A DNA stretch of 59,380 nucleotides from positions 1 to 59,380 of IMG/VR virus record IMGVR_UViG_3300046010_007017, one strand, 5' to 3'. A program made the translations under genes and the position numbers. This document shows positions 17,911 to 27,575 of the stretch, in pieces. The DNA comes from a virus (lineage: Duplodnaviria; Caudoviricetes). The stretch's first letter is position 1. The number at the start of each line of letters is the position of its first letter. Under the pieces are notes generated by a model. That model had not been told where the DNA came from and searched no databases. It saw only the letters and a list, made by a program, of their open reading frames with translations.

Positions 17911-17942
17911 TAAATGTACTATCTTAGTATAAGGGATCCAAA
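17911..17942 (-). promoter_or_regulatory. Bacteroidota-type promoter for the helicase
   Basis: TTTG-N20-TACATTTA. Confidence 0.72.
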
Positions 17943-18944
17943 GGTTTCTGATAGCCAAGAATGGGTATTCCCTATTGAATTTTTCAAACCATCCGCTTCA
18001 TAAAGCATCATAAATGCTCCTATATTTAGTGTGTTGATATCTTCATTCAATAATGATGTGATTTCCTCTTTATTAGGATCTGAAATGTTTGGTTGTCTTA
18101 GATCCATTAATTGATAATTGATATCTAATTGGTGTTTGAATTCTAAAACACTACCATACATTTTATTTCCATCAATGTTATCTTCACATATACTATATAT
18201 TTCTTTTAAAGTATGTTCTTTTTCATCTTCTAGTGGAAATAATTTAACTATTTTTTTAGGACCTAATCCTTTAATTCCTGGAAGGTTATCAGATGAATCA
18301 CCCATTAATGTTTTGTATAATAGGTAATTATTTGGGTGAACACTATATTCATCTAGTACATCTTGTGTTTTGTATGTTTTCTTCTTAGTAGGTGAATATA
18401 CGTTAACTTTATCAGATACTAATTGTAAAAAGTCTTTGTCGGCTGACATGATTGTAACTTCTTTACATTCTTTATTCTCTTCAAAATGTTTAGCAATATA
18501 TCCCATACTATCATCCGCTTCTATTTTATCAACTGATATTAAGGTAACAGGTAATTGTTGTAGGTACTGGATAAGGCGAGACATTTGATCAATCATTGCT
18601 TGACTTTCATCAACTTTGGTGTCAAATACATCCCAATTAGTAATACGAGTAGTATTTCTATTAGCCTTGTATTCAGGATACAAATTTTTCTTATTATTAC
18701 TGTTACCTAGGCCATCAAATACTAAAATAACTCTTGTAGGGCGAAATGTTTTAACGGCATAACCAACACTTCTTAAATACCCGACAAGGCCACCAATATG
18801 GTGGCCTGCGGGATTCATGAAATTGACAGTAGAAAAACTACGAATAAACGTATTCATAGAATCTACTACTAGTATTCTGCTATTACGTGTAGGCTTTTCC
18901 CCTAACGAGTTTATTATCTGGTTTAAGAATACTTTATCAAACAT
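17919..18944 (-). CDS. 5'-3' exonuclease / flap endonuclease (T4 RNase H-like)
   Basis: VDSMN, VFDG, YKANR, EADD, SADKDFLQL, GDSSDNLPGIKGLGPK. Confidence 0.93.
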   Translation of the reverse strand: MFDKVFLNQIINSLGEKPTRNSRILVVDSMNTFIRSFSTVNFMNPAGHHIGGLVGYLRSVGYAVKTFRPTRVILVFDGLGNSNNKKNLYPEYKANRNTTRITNWDVFDTKVDESQAMIDQMSRLIQYLQQLPVTLISVDKIEADDSMGYIAKHFEENKECKEVTIMSADKDFLQLVSDKVNVYSPTKKKTYKTQDVLDEYSVHPNNYLLYKTLMGDSSDNLPGIKGLGPKKIVKLFPLEDEKEHTLKEIYSICEDNIDGNKMYGSVLEFKHQLDINYQLMDLRQPNISDPNKEEITSLLNEDINTLNIGAFMMLYEADGLKNSIGNTHSWLSETFGSLILR

Positions 18945-20029
18945 TATTCTGGTTCTTGTTTAAATCCGATGTCATCGATTAAATCATCTCTTTCTATAAC
19001 AATATCAAAGTCAGATTCACCTAATTTTTCTAACCATTCTTTAGAATGTAATTTCTTATAATCGTCAATAGCTTTTTTATCGTCTTCAATAAAGCCATGA
19101 ACAGTCATAATAATAGATCCTTTAGATGAAACACCATTTACGTGGTTTTTCTCAACTTGAATTTTAGTACGTTTAGCGAACTCAACGTCTTTACCATTCT
19201 TAGTTGCTTTAATTTTGTTTGTACCAGCATTTGATACATTACCAAAGGTAATGATACAAGTAGCATCATACCACATAGCCATTCCACCTTTATTCATCAT
19301 CTTAGGTTGTGACATTGGTGTTTCTGCTTTCTGTGTCCAAACTTTATTAACACAAACTAATGTGTTTGTATAAGGATAAGATTCTTTACGTGATAATAGA
19401 ATCTTTTGGTTTACACCATTAGCAAATTGAGTTGACATTGCACCTGCAATCCACTCGTTATTGTTTTTTCCTGAGTTTAAAGACATATTACAAGTAATAC
19501 TACCGATTGAGTCCCATAAAAATAATAGGTCATGTGGTAAGTTTCCTGATTTTTGTTCATCTAACAAATCAGAAATAAATGCAGATACATCTTCAACTGA
19601 GTTTAAATTGCTTCTATCAGCAAATAGGAAAAATCCATTAAAATCAACTACTTCACCTGTATCAGGATCTGCTATTTCGTTGAATTCTAAACCCATTTCT
19701 CTAGCGTGTTCCCAATTCCATTTCATCTCAGTAATAAGAAACACAGGTAATATGCCCATTTTTTGGGCATTAACTGCTGCTTCAAGCATTGCTGTTGACT
19801 TACCTGTATCCGAGTGGCCACGTAACAAAGTTATGTGGCCCATTGGAATACCGGGTATTGAAGTAACATTCTGGAATGCATCTGATAGAGGAATCCATTT
19901 TTGTTCTTTAAATTTAACAGCTGTAGTTAAGTACTTAGATTTTTTAAAGGAATCTAGATCAAACGCCTTTGATGCTCCCGTTTTAATAGCAGAGGAGGCT
20001 GCTTCGTTTAAACTTTTACCTTTAGCCAT
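18944..20029 (-). CDS. RecA/UvsX-like recombinase
   Basis: GHSDTGKST Walker A, LWDSIGS Walker B, KGGMAMWY, KNH. Confidence 0.88.
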   Translation of the reverse strand: MAKGKSLNEAASSAIKTGASKAFDLDSFKKSKYLTTAVKFKEQKWIPLSDAFQNVTSIPGIPMGHITLLRGHSDTGKSTAMLEAAVNAQKMGILPVFLITEMKWNWEHAREMGLEFNEIADPDTGEVVDFNGFFLFADRSNLNSVEDVSAFISDLLDEQKSGNLPHDLLFLWDSIGSITCNMSLNSGKNNNEWIAGAMSTQFANGVNQKILLSRKESYPYTNTLVCVNKVWTQKAETPMSQPKMMNKGGMAMWYDATCIITFGNVSNAGTNKIKATKNGKDVEFAKRTKIQVEKNHVNGVSSKGSIIMTVHGFIEDDKKAIDDYKKLHSKEWLEKLGESDFDIVIERDDLIDDIGFKQEPE

Positions 20030-20031
20030 AA

Positions 20032-20835
20032 TTATTCTTCGTTAAATAAGTCGTTAAATTTGTCTACTTTAGACTGTTTTGCAGGGACTGCTGCTTCAGT
20101 TTTCTTTTCCCAAGGTAAGTCACCTTCTTCTTCCTCATCTTTAGTGATGATTGGTTCTTCAGTGTCTTCTTCAGGATTAGCCCATTTTTGGAAGATTTCA
20201 TTTAAGCTTTCATAAGTATGATGCTTATTGATTGCTAAAATGTCTGGTTGTTCTTCCAACCATGTGTTTACTACGTCAGCTTCATCAGTAAGTGGTGTTG
20301 TTTTAACACGTGGTGTTAAATTACACTTAATACCTTTGCGACCTGCAACTTCTGCTTCAACGGCTTCAATAACGAAGTCACGGCCATCCTGAATATCGGT
20401 ATAGTCACCGTAATCTTCATTCATGGCAATGTTCATAAGTTGAGTGTAAATTTCCTTTCCAAATTCCCACAAGCGAACACCTACGCCTTCTTCACCACGA
20501 ACAATAACAGGTGCAAATACTCTCATTTTTGGAGTAATTTTCTTTGCCATCTGCCAATGGTCAGGATTGTCTGATTTGCGTAATTTCTGTGCTGCTTCTA
20601 CAATTGGATCAGCTTCACCCCAGTTAGTTAACGCAAGGATTGGTCCTTTTGTGTAACCATAGTGAAAATAAATTTCACGGAATGGAGTTGACTTGTTGAA
20701 CTTAGAAGGAACGATACGAATCTGGTGTTTACCAGGTTTTGGTTTCCAGAAAATCTTCGTGTAGTCGATTTTCTCTTTAGCTTGGCCCTTGCTCTGGAAG
20801 GAGTCAAGCTTGTTTTTGATTAATGATAAATCCAT
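20032..20835 (-). CDS. gp32-like single-stranded DNA-binding protein (start revised to 20835)
   Basis: FWKP, IRIVP, LWEFGKEIY, DYGDYTDIQDGRDF, acidic tail ending FNDLFNEE; the upstream in-frame stretch is promoter sequence. Confidence 0.85.
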   Translation of the reverse strand: MDLSLIKNKLDSFQSKGQAKEKIDYTKIFWKPKPGKHQIRIVPSKFNKSTPFREIYFHYGYTKGPILALTNWGEADPIVEAAQKLRKSDNPDHWQMAKKITPKMRVFAPVIVRGEEGVGVRLWEFGKEIYTQLMNIAMNEDYGDYTDIQDGRDFVIEAVEAEVAGRKGIKCNLTPRVKTTPLTDEADVVNTWLEEQPDILAINKHHTYESLNEIFQKWANPEEDTEEPIITKDEEEEGDLPWEKKTEAAVPAKQSKVDKFNDLFNEE

Positions 20836-20858
20836 AACAGTTTTTATTTTATGTAATG

Positions 20859-20890
20859 TAAATATACGAACGTATAATTGGGTATCCAAA
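20859..20890 (-). promoter_or_regulatory. Bacteroidota-type promoter for ssb-recA-exo
   Basis: TTTG-N20-TATATTTA. Confidence 0.78.
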
Positions 20891-20892
20891 GA

Positions 20893-20918
20893 CAACAAAA
20901 GCCTTCTTTTGGAAGGCT
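20893..20918 (-). terminator. intrinsic terminator
   Basis: Minus strand AGCCTTC-CAAAA-GAAGGCT followed by TTTGTTG. Confidence 0.7.
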
Positions 20919-20942
20919 CTTATTATTTTAATTATGTTTTTA

Positions 20943-21602
20943 TTAACCAGGATATACATCATTATATATATCTCTAACTTGATTTTTATAATCTTCATAG
21001 TTTTCAGCATCTATGTCCATTACTTCTTCAGCAAATTTTCGTTGCCATTGTTCATCATATGAATCTATATAGCTTTCAATATCATCGTCAAATCCTAAAT
21101 CTAATTCTTTATTAGCTTTATCCCACCAGTTATTTTCTACTTCATCCTCTTCACTTAAGGTTTTTTTTTGACCTTCTTCGATATCTAAATCACCTAATAC
21201 AGCGTTGATGTCAGGTCTTGGTCTAGACGTTTTAGGTTCTTGTTGTTTTGATGTGTATCCTTCTCTAGCAACTAATTCTTTAGCTTCTAAGCTATTGAAT
21301 ATAGGATTAACTGCTGGTTGAGGTACGTTTCTTTCTACAGCGTAGTCAATTTTTTGTACTCTTTTACCGTCTTTTTTAGCCTTAAATAAGAATACTAAAG
21401 CAGCAATTTCGCTATTTTTAATACCTTCAGGTGCTTTACCTGCAGCTTTGGTTTGCTTTAAAATTTCTTCACCTTTTTCAGTGATTGTATATGCACCACC
21501 TGTACCAGCTGTACGTGCCATTTCTGGAAGAGCCATTTCACTAATAGGTATACCAGCTAATTTTTGCATTCTTTGTGCTTCAGATATAAATTGTTTTCCC
21601 AT
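20943..21602 (-). CDS. hypothetical protein with winged-helix-like segment (possible head internal protein)
   Basis: ISEAQRMQKLAGI N-terminus; VPQPAVNPIFNSLEAKELV wHTH-like segment; late motif upstream at 21622-21629. Confidence 0.55.
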   Translation of the reverse strand: MGKQFISEAQRMQKLAGIPISEMALPEMARTAGTGGAYTITEKGEEILKQTKAAGKAPEGIKNSEIAALVFLFKAKKDGKRVQKIDYAVERNVPQPAVNPIFNSLEAKELVAREGYTSKQQEPKTSRPRPDINAVLGDLDIEEGQKKTLSEEDEVENNWWDKANKELDLGFDDDIESYIDSYDEQWQRKFAEEVMDIDAENYEDYKNQVRDIYNDVYPG

Positions 21603-21628
21603 GTGTTTTTTTATTGTGGTAATAAATA

Positions 21629-22084
21629 TTAGAGTTCTACAATAGTATGAATTTTGGTATGTACTTTTCTTAAACCACCGTCTTGTGTTAACAATATAGT
21701 GTTTCTAAAATCAGTCCATGCTACTTTGTAGTTAGTATCTAATACTCCTCCGTTTAATTCACGGATTAATGTGTTAAGAGCATTAATTGTGTATAAGGTG
21801 TTTGATTCCTTTTTGCGATGTAGTAAAATTGTGCTTGGAAGCGCATTTTTTGAACTAGTGTTCATTACATCAATGTTATAAGTCAATATTAGCTCATCAG
21901 TATCTGGTGATTCTAATACAAATATTTTATTATATAAGATAGCGTAGCGTTGGGTAAGAGTACCAATTACTTCCGTTAGTCTATCATGTTCTATAAAAGT
22001 GCAAAATAATTTATTTCCTGCCATGTCGTCAATAACAATATTATCGAAATTATAACTGGTCATAAATATGGATGATTGGGGCAT
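21629..22084 (-). CDS. conserved hypothetical phage protein (true start may be 22063 or 22024)
   Basis: NKLFCTF, TILLHRKKESNTLYTINALN; packed ORF. Confidence 0.7.
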   Translation of the reverse strand: MPQSSIFMTSYNFDNIVIDDMAGNKLFCTFIEHDRLTEVIGTLTQRYAILYNKIFVLESPDTDELILTYNIDVMNTSSKNALPSTILLHRKKESNTLYTINALNTLIRELNGGVLDTNYKVAWTDFRNTILLTQDGGLRKVHTKIHTIVEL

Positions 22085-22093
22085 AACTGTGTT

Positions 22094-23371
22094 TTATTTT
22101 AATTCGTTGTAGTTTAATCCGGTTTTTATACGTACAGGGTATTGTAATCGGGCGATTACCTCGCGTATTACTGGCAATTCTTCGCGTGACGCGTCAACTA
22201 ATATGGAATCATATGTGTATAGCACAATGCGAGATTTCAGCGGTTTAAATGCGCTAAATATAGAATCTAATTGCATTGTATTCTGCGATGTCTCGAAATT
22301 CTGTATGTAGTAGTTTAATAGTTTTTGTGGCGTAGGATTATCAATATCCTTTAATCTAAATACCTTACCTGATGGTGTTTCGATACGTCCACTGTGTTGG
22401 ATTGTATTCCATAAATCCTCAGTAAATAAATGTACCTGTTTAAAGAATAGTTTATCTTGCAATTCAGGTTTTATACCTCCATATAAGTTCTGGAATGTTG
22501 TTTCCTTAACTTTAGGTACATCTTTAACCTTTAATATTTTAGCTATTTGCTCATATACGTTAGTTTCATAATCAAAATTATATCCAACTATTGTACCTAA
22601 TAAACGCGGATGATATCCGTTAAAATCAAATTCAATAAACACATCATTACGTGGAACATAACATGATCTTTCCCCGTTATCTTTGTTTAATGCTGCGTAG
22701 TTTATACTGTTAAAGGCGTTAGAAGGGCGACCAGTAAGAGTATATAAATTATAAGAAGTATAAGCAACTCCCTGTTTGATCGAAAAATGCGGCGTACGAT
22801 GTTCTTCATGATATTTAATAAAACATTCTTTATCTAATTTAATTCCTTCTCTTTCTATTTTATAAAACACATTAACTAATTTATTAATGTATTCTGTATT
22901 AGTAGCAAGATATGGTTTTACTATATTATAAATATTCTCACAATATTCATAATGTTTAGAAATCGGTATTAATTCATTAACGTTCTTTGAAGATCCGTAA
23001 TCGCGGTAAAAATTAGAAATAATATTAGATTCGCATTCGCTAAAATCAAATTTATCTCCCCCCTGCGCAATACGATTAAACGTTCCATCATGAATTGGGC
23101 CTTTAAAAAAATATCTTGTGTATTTTGAATCGATAGCATATAGTTCTTTTTCAGATAAATATTTGCGGACTGTTTGCCATTTAAGACTTAATGATTCGTT
23201 ATGATTGATACATAACATGTATCCCTTGCCTGTAAACGGTTTCACATATACAAGCGAAACTGTAGCAATAGCGGGATGATAATTATTATTGTTTGTAATT
23301 ACATGAACAAAACATTTATCAAACTCAGGTAAATTGTGTAGTTGAGATTCTTTCTCGATTAGGTAAAACAT
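22094..23371 (-). CDS. compact family A DNA polymerase-like protein
   Basis: TLTGRPS, motif A EFDFNGYHPRLL, motif B KETTFQNLYGG, LLNYYIQ, motif C LYTYDSILVD. Confidence 0.8.
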   Translation of the reverse strand: MFYLIEKESQLHNLPEFDKCFVHVITNNNNYHPAIATVSLVYVKPFTGKGYMLCINHNESLSLKWQTVRKYLSEKELYAIDSKYTRYFFKGPIHDGTFNRIAQGGDKFDFSECESNIISNFYRDYGSSKNVNELIPISKHYEYCENIYNIVKPYLATNTEYINKLVNVFYKIEREGIKLDKECFIKYHEEHRTPHFSIKQGVAYTSYNLYTLTGRPSNAFNSINYAALNKDNGERSCYVPRNDVFIEFDFNGYHPRLLGTIVGYNFDYETNVYEQIAKILKVKDVPKVKETTFQNLYGGIKPELQDKLFFKQVHLFTEDLWNTIQHSGRIETPSGKVFRLKDIDNPTPQKLLNYYIQNFETSQNTMQLDSIFSAFKPLKSRIVLYTYDSILVDASREELPVIREVIARLQYPVRIKTGLNYNELK

Positions 23372-23388
23372 AACCTTTGATTTGTACG

Positions 23389-23420
23389 TAAATATACGTT
23401 TAAATCTTTAGGTTACCAAA
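23389..23420 (-). promoter_or_regulatory. Bacteroidota-type promoter for the PolA-like gene
   Basis: TTTG-N20-TATATTTA. Confidence 0.78.
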
Positions 23421-23869
23421 AAGGCTCTTAATCCAGGCATTTGTTTATCAACTTCCTCTAGTGATTGAGTTGCTGAGTTGTAAGATATGACTTGATAATT
23501 TGGAGATAAAGTTCCAGCTAATTTATCATATGCTGCTTTATCTATTTCTTTTATAGAAATATCTTTAACAGTTAAATCTTTATAGAAATAACGAACAACA
23601 TTTTTACTAGATAAAGAATTTGCTTTAGTAGCTATACTTCCAGCAGCAGCAACCACAAATGCAGCGGCAGCTAGTATGTTGTATTTTTCTAAGGGTTTAG
23701 ATTTATCACTATATGCTCTACCTGTAAAATATTTGTTACCATTGATTATAACATAGTATCCTATATATGGTATTTTAGATCTAACAAAACGCAAAGCAAG
23801 ATTTTTGCCAATACCAGTTCCGTTGGTATATTGATTTTCTAGTATTCTACTTTTAGGTATTTGTATCAT
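23408..23869 (-). CDS. hypothetical protein, baseplate region
   Basis: IPKSRI..NQYTNG, YIGYY, YFTG; coupled to the upstream gene by TAATG. Confidence 0.65.
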   Translation of the reverse strand: MIQIPKSRILENQYTNGTGIGKNLALRFVRSKIPYIGYYVIINGNKYFTGRAYSDKSKPLEKYNILAAAAFVVAAAGSIATKANSLSSKNVVRYFYKDLTVKDISIKEIDKAAYDKLAGTLSPNYQVISYNSATQSLEEVDKQMPGLRAFLVT

Positions 23870-26800
23870 TATTTAAAATCGCCTTTTTGTATACGTATTA
23901 AAAGATCCTTAGCGTATCCTATTCTACTCTTTGTTTCATCAGCAAATAATACTTCTTCGTATGTAACACCATCTCCTGCCGTTATACCGCCATATCTTTC
24001 ATATAATGCAGATGCTGCTATTGCTTCTTCTAATGTTTTAGATGATTTTAATTTATTACCTGCTACTTTTTCGTCTCCCTTAAATTCACTTATTATAAAT
24101 TCTAATTGTGTGTCTAATCTATTCCAAGCATTTCTTGTTTTTAATAATTTAAGTCTATTACCTAACCACTGAGCGATACCATATGCCCCAATGCTGTTTG
24201 TTAAATTATTATTTAATCCAGATTCTTGAAGTAAACCACCAACAAATGCTGCTATTTGAAAATCACTATATCCTTTACTTGTAAAGAATTGTATTGCGGC
24301 TTTTAAATTGTTTTGATTAAACCCAACTGTATCTTTTGCAGCTTCTGAATTGGCGCTACCTAATGTAATGTTGGTTCCTCCTGCTGTGATAAGTGTAGTA
24401 TTTGGGTATTTGTTTTTATCCCATTTTTTCCAAACATTTGTTGCTTTAGATGTTTCTAAAATAATAGGATATGCCTGTAATGTAGTAGTCCAATCATTAC
24501 TTTGTATGTTGTGTCCTATACTAGTAACAATGTACGCTACATTTCTTCCAGGTACTGTTTTGTACCCTTTGGGTATAATGTCTTGATTAATTTGGAATAA
24601 ATTACCTATAATAATACCCCCAATACCATCTAAAGTAACAGTTAATTCTGTTGGTATAATAGATTTATATGCATTTTGAGGATCATATCTGTCTAAAACT
24701 GATAAGAAATCTCTATATGCAAAATCTAAACCACCGTATAGGTAGTTTGGATTACTAGTTCCGTCACCAGATAATGCTTCAAAATATGCAAATATTTTAG
24801 TTAAGAAAGGTAATATAAATGAACTTGGCTTAGCTTCTTCATCTATTTTTATATTAGTAGAAAATGTCTTTTTAGGTATTAATCTATCTGTTATACCATC
24901 ATTCCATGCAACTAAAGTAGCATTATCATATCCTAATTTACCAATACCAGTAGCATCTTGAGCACTAATTGCTATTATAGATCCCATTTCAGGAAATATT
25001 TTTGAATTAAAGCTGTATGTTCTTGCAGATGAGTTTAAATTGTGTATTTGTAAAGTAAAAGGATTTATAGATGGATCTCCAGTATAATTAATGTCTATGA
25101 TTCTACCAATAGCATTTCTGCTGTCTACTTGCAGGTCAAAATTATTTACATTACCTAAACTATTTTGAACATTTCTTAAAATGTTTTGAATATATTCTCT
25201 AATAGCAATTGTGTTTTTGCTTTGAGTATCGTTTGATGCTATATTTTTAGAAACAGCTTGATCATATAAAAGATCTAAGTTAATATATATATTCTCAATA
25301 TACCCTAATGATTTACTATTTGTAGATGAATTTGGCAATAAAAATTGTAATGCTGCTTTAAAACCAGGTACATCAAAAGCTGCTTCAGCAACAGCACTAG
25401 CGGCGGTTGATGTTTGTTCAGCAATTTGTTTTGATAATAAATCAGATAAAGGATAGTTAGAAAATATTTCTTTTATTTTTGCTATAACAGCAACCTTAGT
25501 CCATATTTTCCCTGTTATATCTGTGAAAGTTCCGTCTGTAAAAGGATCTACAAAATTTAAACCTCCATATTTTGATACAAATAAAGATGAAAATGCAACA
25601 CCTGCCGGGTCAGATTGTCCTTGAAAAAAATAATCAAAGAAATTAACAAATGATGATGGGTTGCTGTTAGTTGAATTAAATGATTCTCCGCTACTAAATG
25701 TGAATTGAGGTTTTAAGTCGTTTTCTTTTTTTATTTCAACTTTAGAAATAGAAGTTAATAATTTATTAGCAATGTCTTTTAAATCATTTTCTAAATTTCC
25801 TGAATATTTGTAATATATTTGGTTCAATAATCCAAAATCAGGTATAAGAGTAAGATCAATATCTATTTCGGTTTTTGTTACTTTATTGGTAATAAAATCA
25901 CTTAAGATTGGACTAAAACTTCTTTTTTGAATAGCATCAGTAATATATGCTGGTGTAGCAGTTGCTGCAGCGCCTGTAAGTGCATTATCTTCGCTAGTAT
26001 CACTTTTTACTTCTTGAACACTTAGTGATTTCCAGTTATCATTTCTAACAAAACAAATACCATAGTTAGTTGATAATGATAACGGACTAGCTATACATTC
26101 TAGTGGTTTAGTTTTATCTATATTTCCGTTTTCATCAGTATCGTATGTTGTTATTTGTGAAATTGGACTATTATTTCCATCTTTTAATAGAACATAATTG
26201 TTAATCAATTCACATAAACTACCTAATGTTATATATCCTTCTGTTCTAGCATCACCTTTACCTAAGTATTTACTTAATCCTCCTCTATTTATTTTACTTA
26301 TATCTCCTGTTCTTTTAGACATGTACAGGTTATACTTAGTACCAGAGAAGTTAGGATCTTTAAATTCTCTAGAATAATTTAAATTGCTACCGCTGTTTGC
26401 TTTTTTATCCATGTAGAAAAACAATTCAGAAAGCAATCCAGGTATTATACCTCTTTCATAATGTACTATTGGATTAAAATCCTGTTGAGGTCCATATCCT
26501 AACAATCCACTTTTTTCAAATGCCCTTGTTTCCATTGGCACCCAATTAACTTTTAGTGATTCTAATACCTCACCTAAAGAAATGATTGTTGTTGTACAAT
26601 CATACCCACCATCTTCACGAGCACTCCAGTTATAATTTTTTACATATCCTAATAATGCATTATAGTTTCCATTACTGCTACTTATGTTTTGATATAATTT
26701 TTTAAAAGCATCATTTAATGAAATACCTTCACCAGCAGCAATATCTAATATATTATATCTTGGAATTGGGTTTACATAATTCCATCCAAATTCTAAAAGC

Positions 26801-27264
26801 ACAGTATATCCTGGGCGCATGTATAGTAATTCTAGATCTTCTAATTGTTTTATATCCCAAGCAATAAATGATACTGTTGCTTCTTGTAGTGATCCATATG
26901 CGCTTTTAGATTGAACACTTACATTTGTAATACCAGGCATTGGGCGAATACCTAATCTGTTTGTAGTACCTCCAGGAGTTTTTAAATCATAAGCAGAGGT
27001 TCCACTACCTCCTAGTCCTGATTTTAAAAAATTTCCTAAAGCTCCTGTACCTAAAGTACCACCTTGTAAAACATATTGTTTAGCTAGTTCATTAGTTACT
27101 TGACCTTTGCTATCAGTATAATTAACACCAGACGTCATCCTTACCCAGGATGATCTAGTATTTAATTGGTGTAGAAAAGATGGTGTACGAGTAGCCATTC
27201 CATCTTGTCGACGATTTATTTCGTTAATAACAAATTGAGGAAAAGTCTGTTTAAAAATAGACAT
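23869..27264 (-). CDS. baseplate hub-like protein with C-terminal phage tail lysozyme domain
   Basis: RPMPGIT, LYMRPGYTVLLEFGW, DGGYDCTT hub-type motifs; C-terminal AAFVGGLLQESG...GAYGIAQW...QLEFIISE lysozyme-like. Confidence 0.75.
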   Translation of the reverse strand: MSIFKQTFPQFVINEINRRQDGMATRTPSFLHQLNTRSSWVRMTSGVNYTDSKGQVTNELAKQYVLQGGTLGTGALGNFLKSGLGGSGTSAYDLKTPGGTTNRLGIRPMPGITNVSVQSKSAYGSLQEATVSFIAWDIKQLEDLELLYMRPGYTVLLEFGWNYVNPIPRYNILDIAAGEGISLNDAFKKLYQNISSSNGNYNALLGYVKNYNWSAREDGGYDCTTTIISLGEVLESLKVNWVPMETRAFEKSGLLGYGPQQDFNPIVHYERGIIPGLLSELFFYMDKKANSGSNLNYSREFKDPNFSGTKYNLYMSKRTGDISKINRGGLSKYLGKGDARTEGYITLGSLCELINNYVLLKDGNNSPISQITTYDTDENGNIDKTKPLECIASPLSLSTNYGICFVRNDNWKSLSVQEVKSDTSEDNALTGAAATATPAYITDAIQKRSFSPILSDFITNKVTKTEIDIDLTLIPDFGLLNQIYYKYSGNLENDLKDIANKLLTSISKVEIKKENDLKPQFTFSSGESFNSTNSNPSSFVNFFDYFFQGQSDPAGVAFSSLFVSKYGGLNFVDPFTDGTFTDITGKIWTKVAVIAKIKEIFSNYPLSDLLSKQIAEQTSTAASAVAEAAFDVPGFKAALQFLLPNSSTNSKSLGYIENIYINLDLLYDQAVSKNIASNDTQSKNTIAIREYIQNILRNVQNSLGNVNNFDLQVDSRNAIGRIIDINYTGDPSINPFTLQIHNLNSSARTYSFNSKIFPEMGSIIAISAQDATGIGKLGYDNATLVAWNDGITDRLIPKKTFSTNIKIDEEAKPSSFILPFLTKIFAYFEALSGDGTSNPNYLYGGLDFAYRDFLSVLDRYDPQNAYKSIIPTELTVTLDGIGGIIIGNLFQINQDIIPKGYKTVPGRNVAYIVTSIGHNIQSNDWTTTLQAYPIILETSKATNVWKKWDKNKYPNTTLITAGGTNITLGSANSEAAKDTVGFNQNNLKAAIQFFTSKGYSDFQIAAFVGGLLQESGLNNNLTNSIGAYGIAQWLGNRLKLLKTRNAWNRLDTQLEFIISEFKGDEKVAGNKLKSSKTLEEAIAASALYERYGGITAGDGVTYEEVLFADETKSRIGYAKDLLIRIQKGDFK

Positions 27265-27272
27265 AATAACAT

Positions 27273-27575
27273 TTATTTCGTTTGATTTTCAGCATTAAAT
27301 AAATCCATAACAGCTGTTAAATTAGTTGGTATTCTTAATTGAATACCAGGCTCAGGAAACATAGACCCTAAAGTTATGTTGCTATTAGCCATTGGTATAA
27401 TCCACCATAAAGTTGGATCTTTATAGTAATTATACGCTATTAAATCTAGCCTATCACCTTGTACTGTAACAATGTAAATATCGTTTTCAGTAGGTGGAAT
27501 AGGTGGATACTTTCTAGCTTTGTAGTATTGTTTACCTGTAGATGTAGTTAATATGTCTGAATTGTTATATCTCAT
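27273..27575 (-). CDS. LysM-like baseplate wedge / tail X protein
   Basis: QGDRLDLIAYNYYKDPTLWWIIPMAN...GIQLRIP. Confidence 0.85.
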   Translation of the reverse strand: MRYNNSDILTTSTGKQYYKARKYPPIPPTENDIYIVTVQGDRLDLIAYNYYKDPTLWWIIPMANSNITLGSMFPEPGIQLRIPTNLTAVMDLFNAENQTK

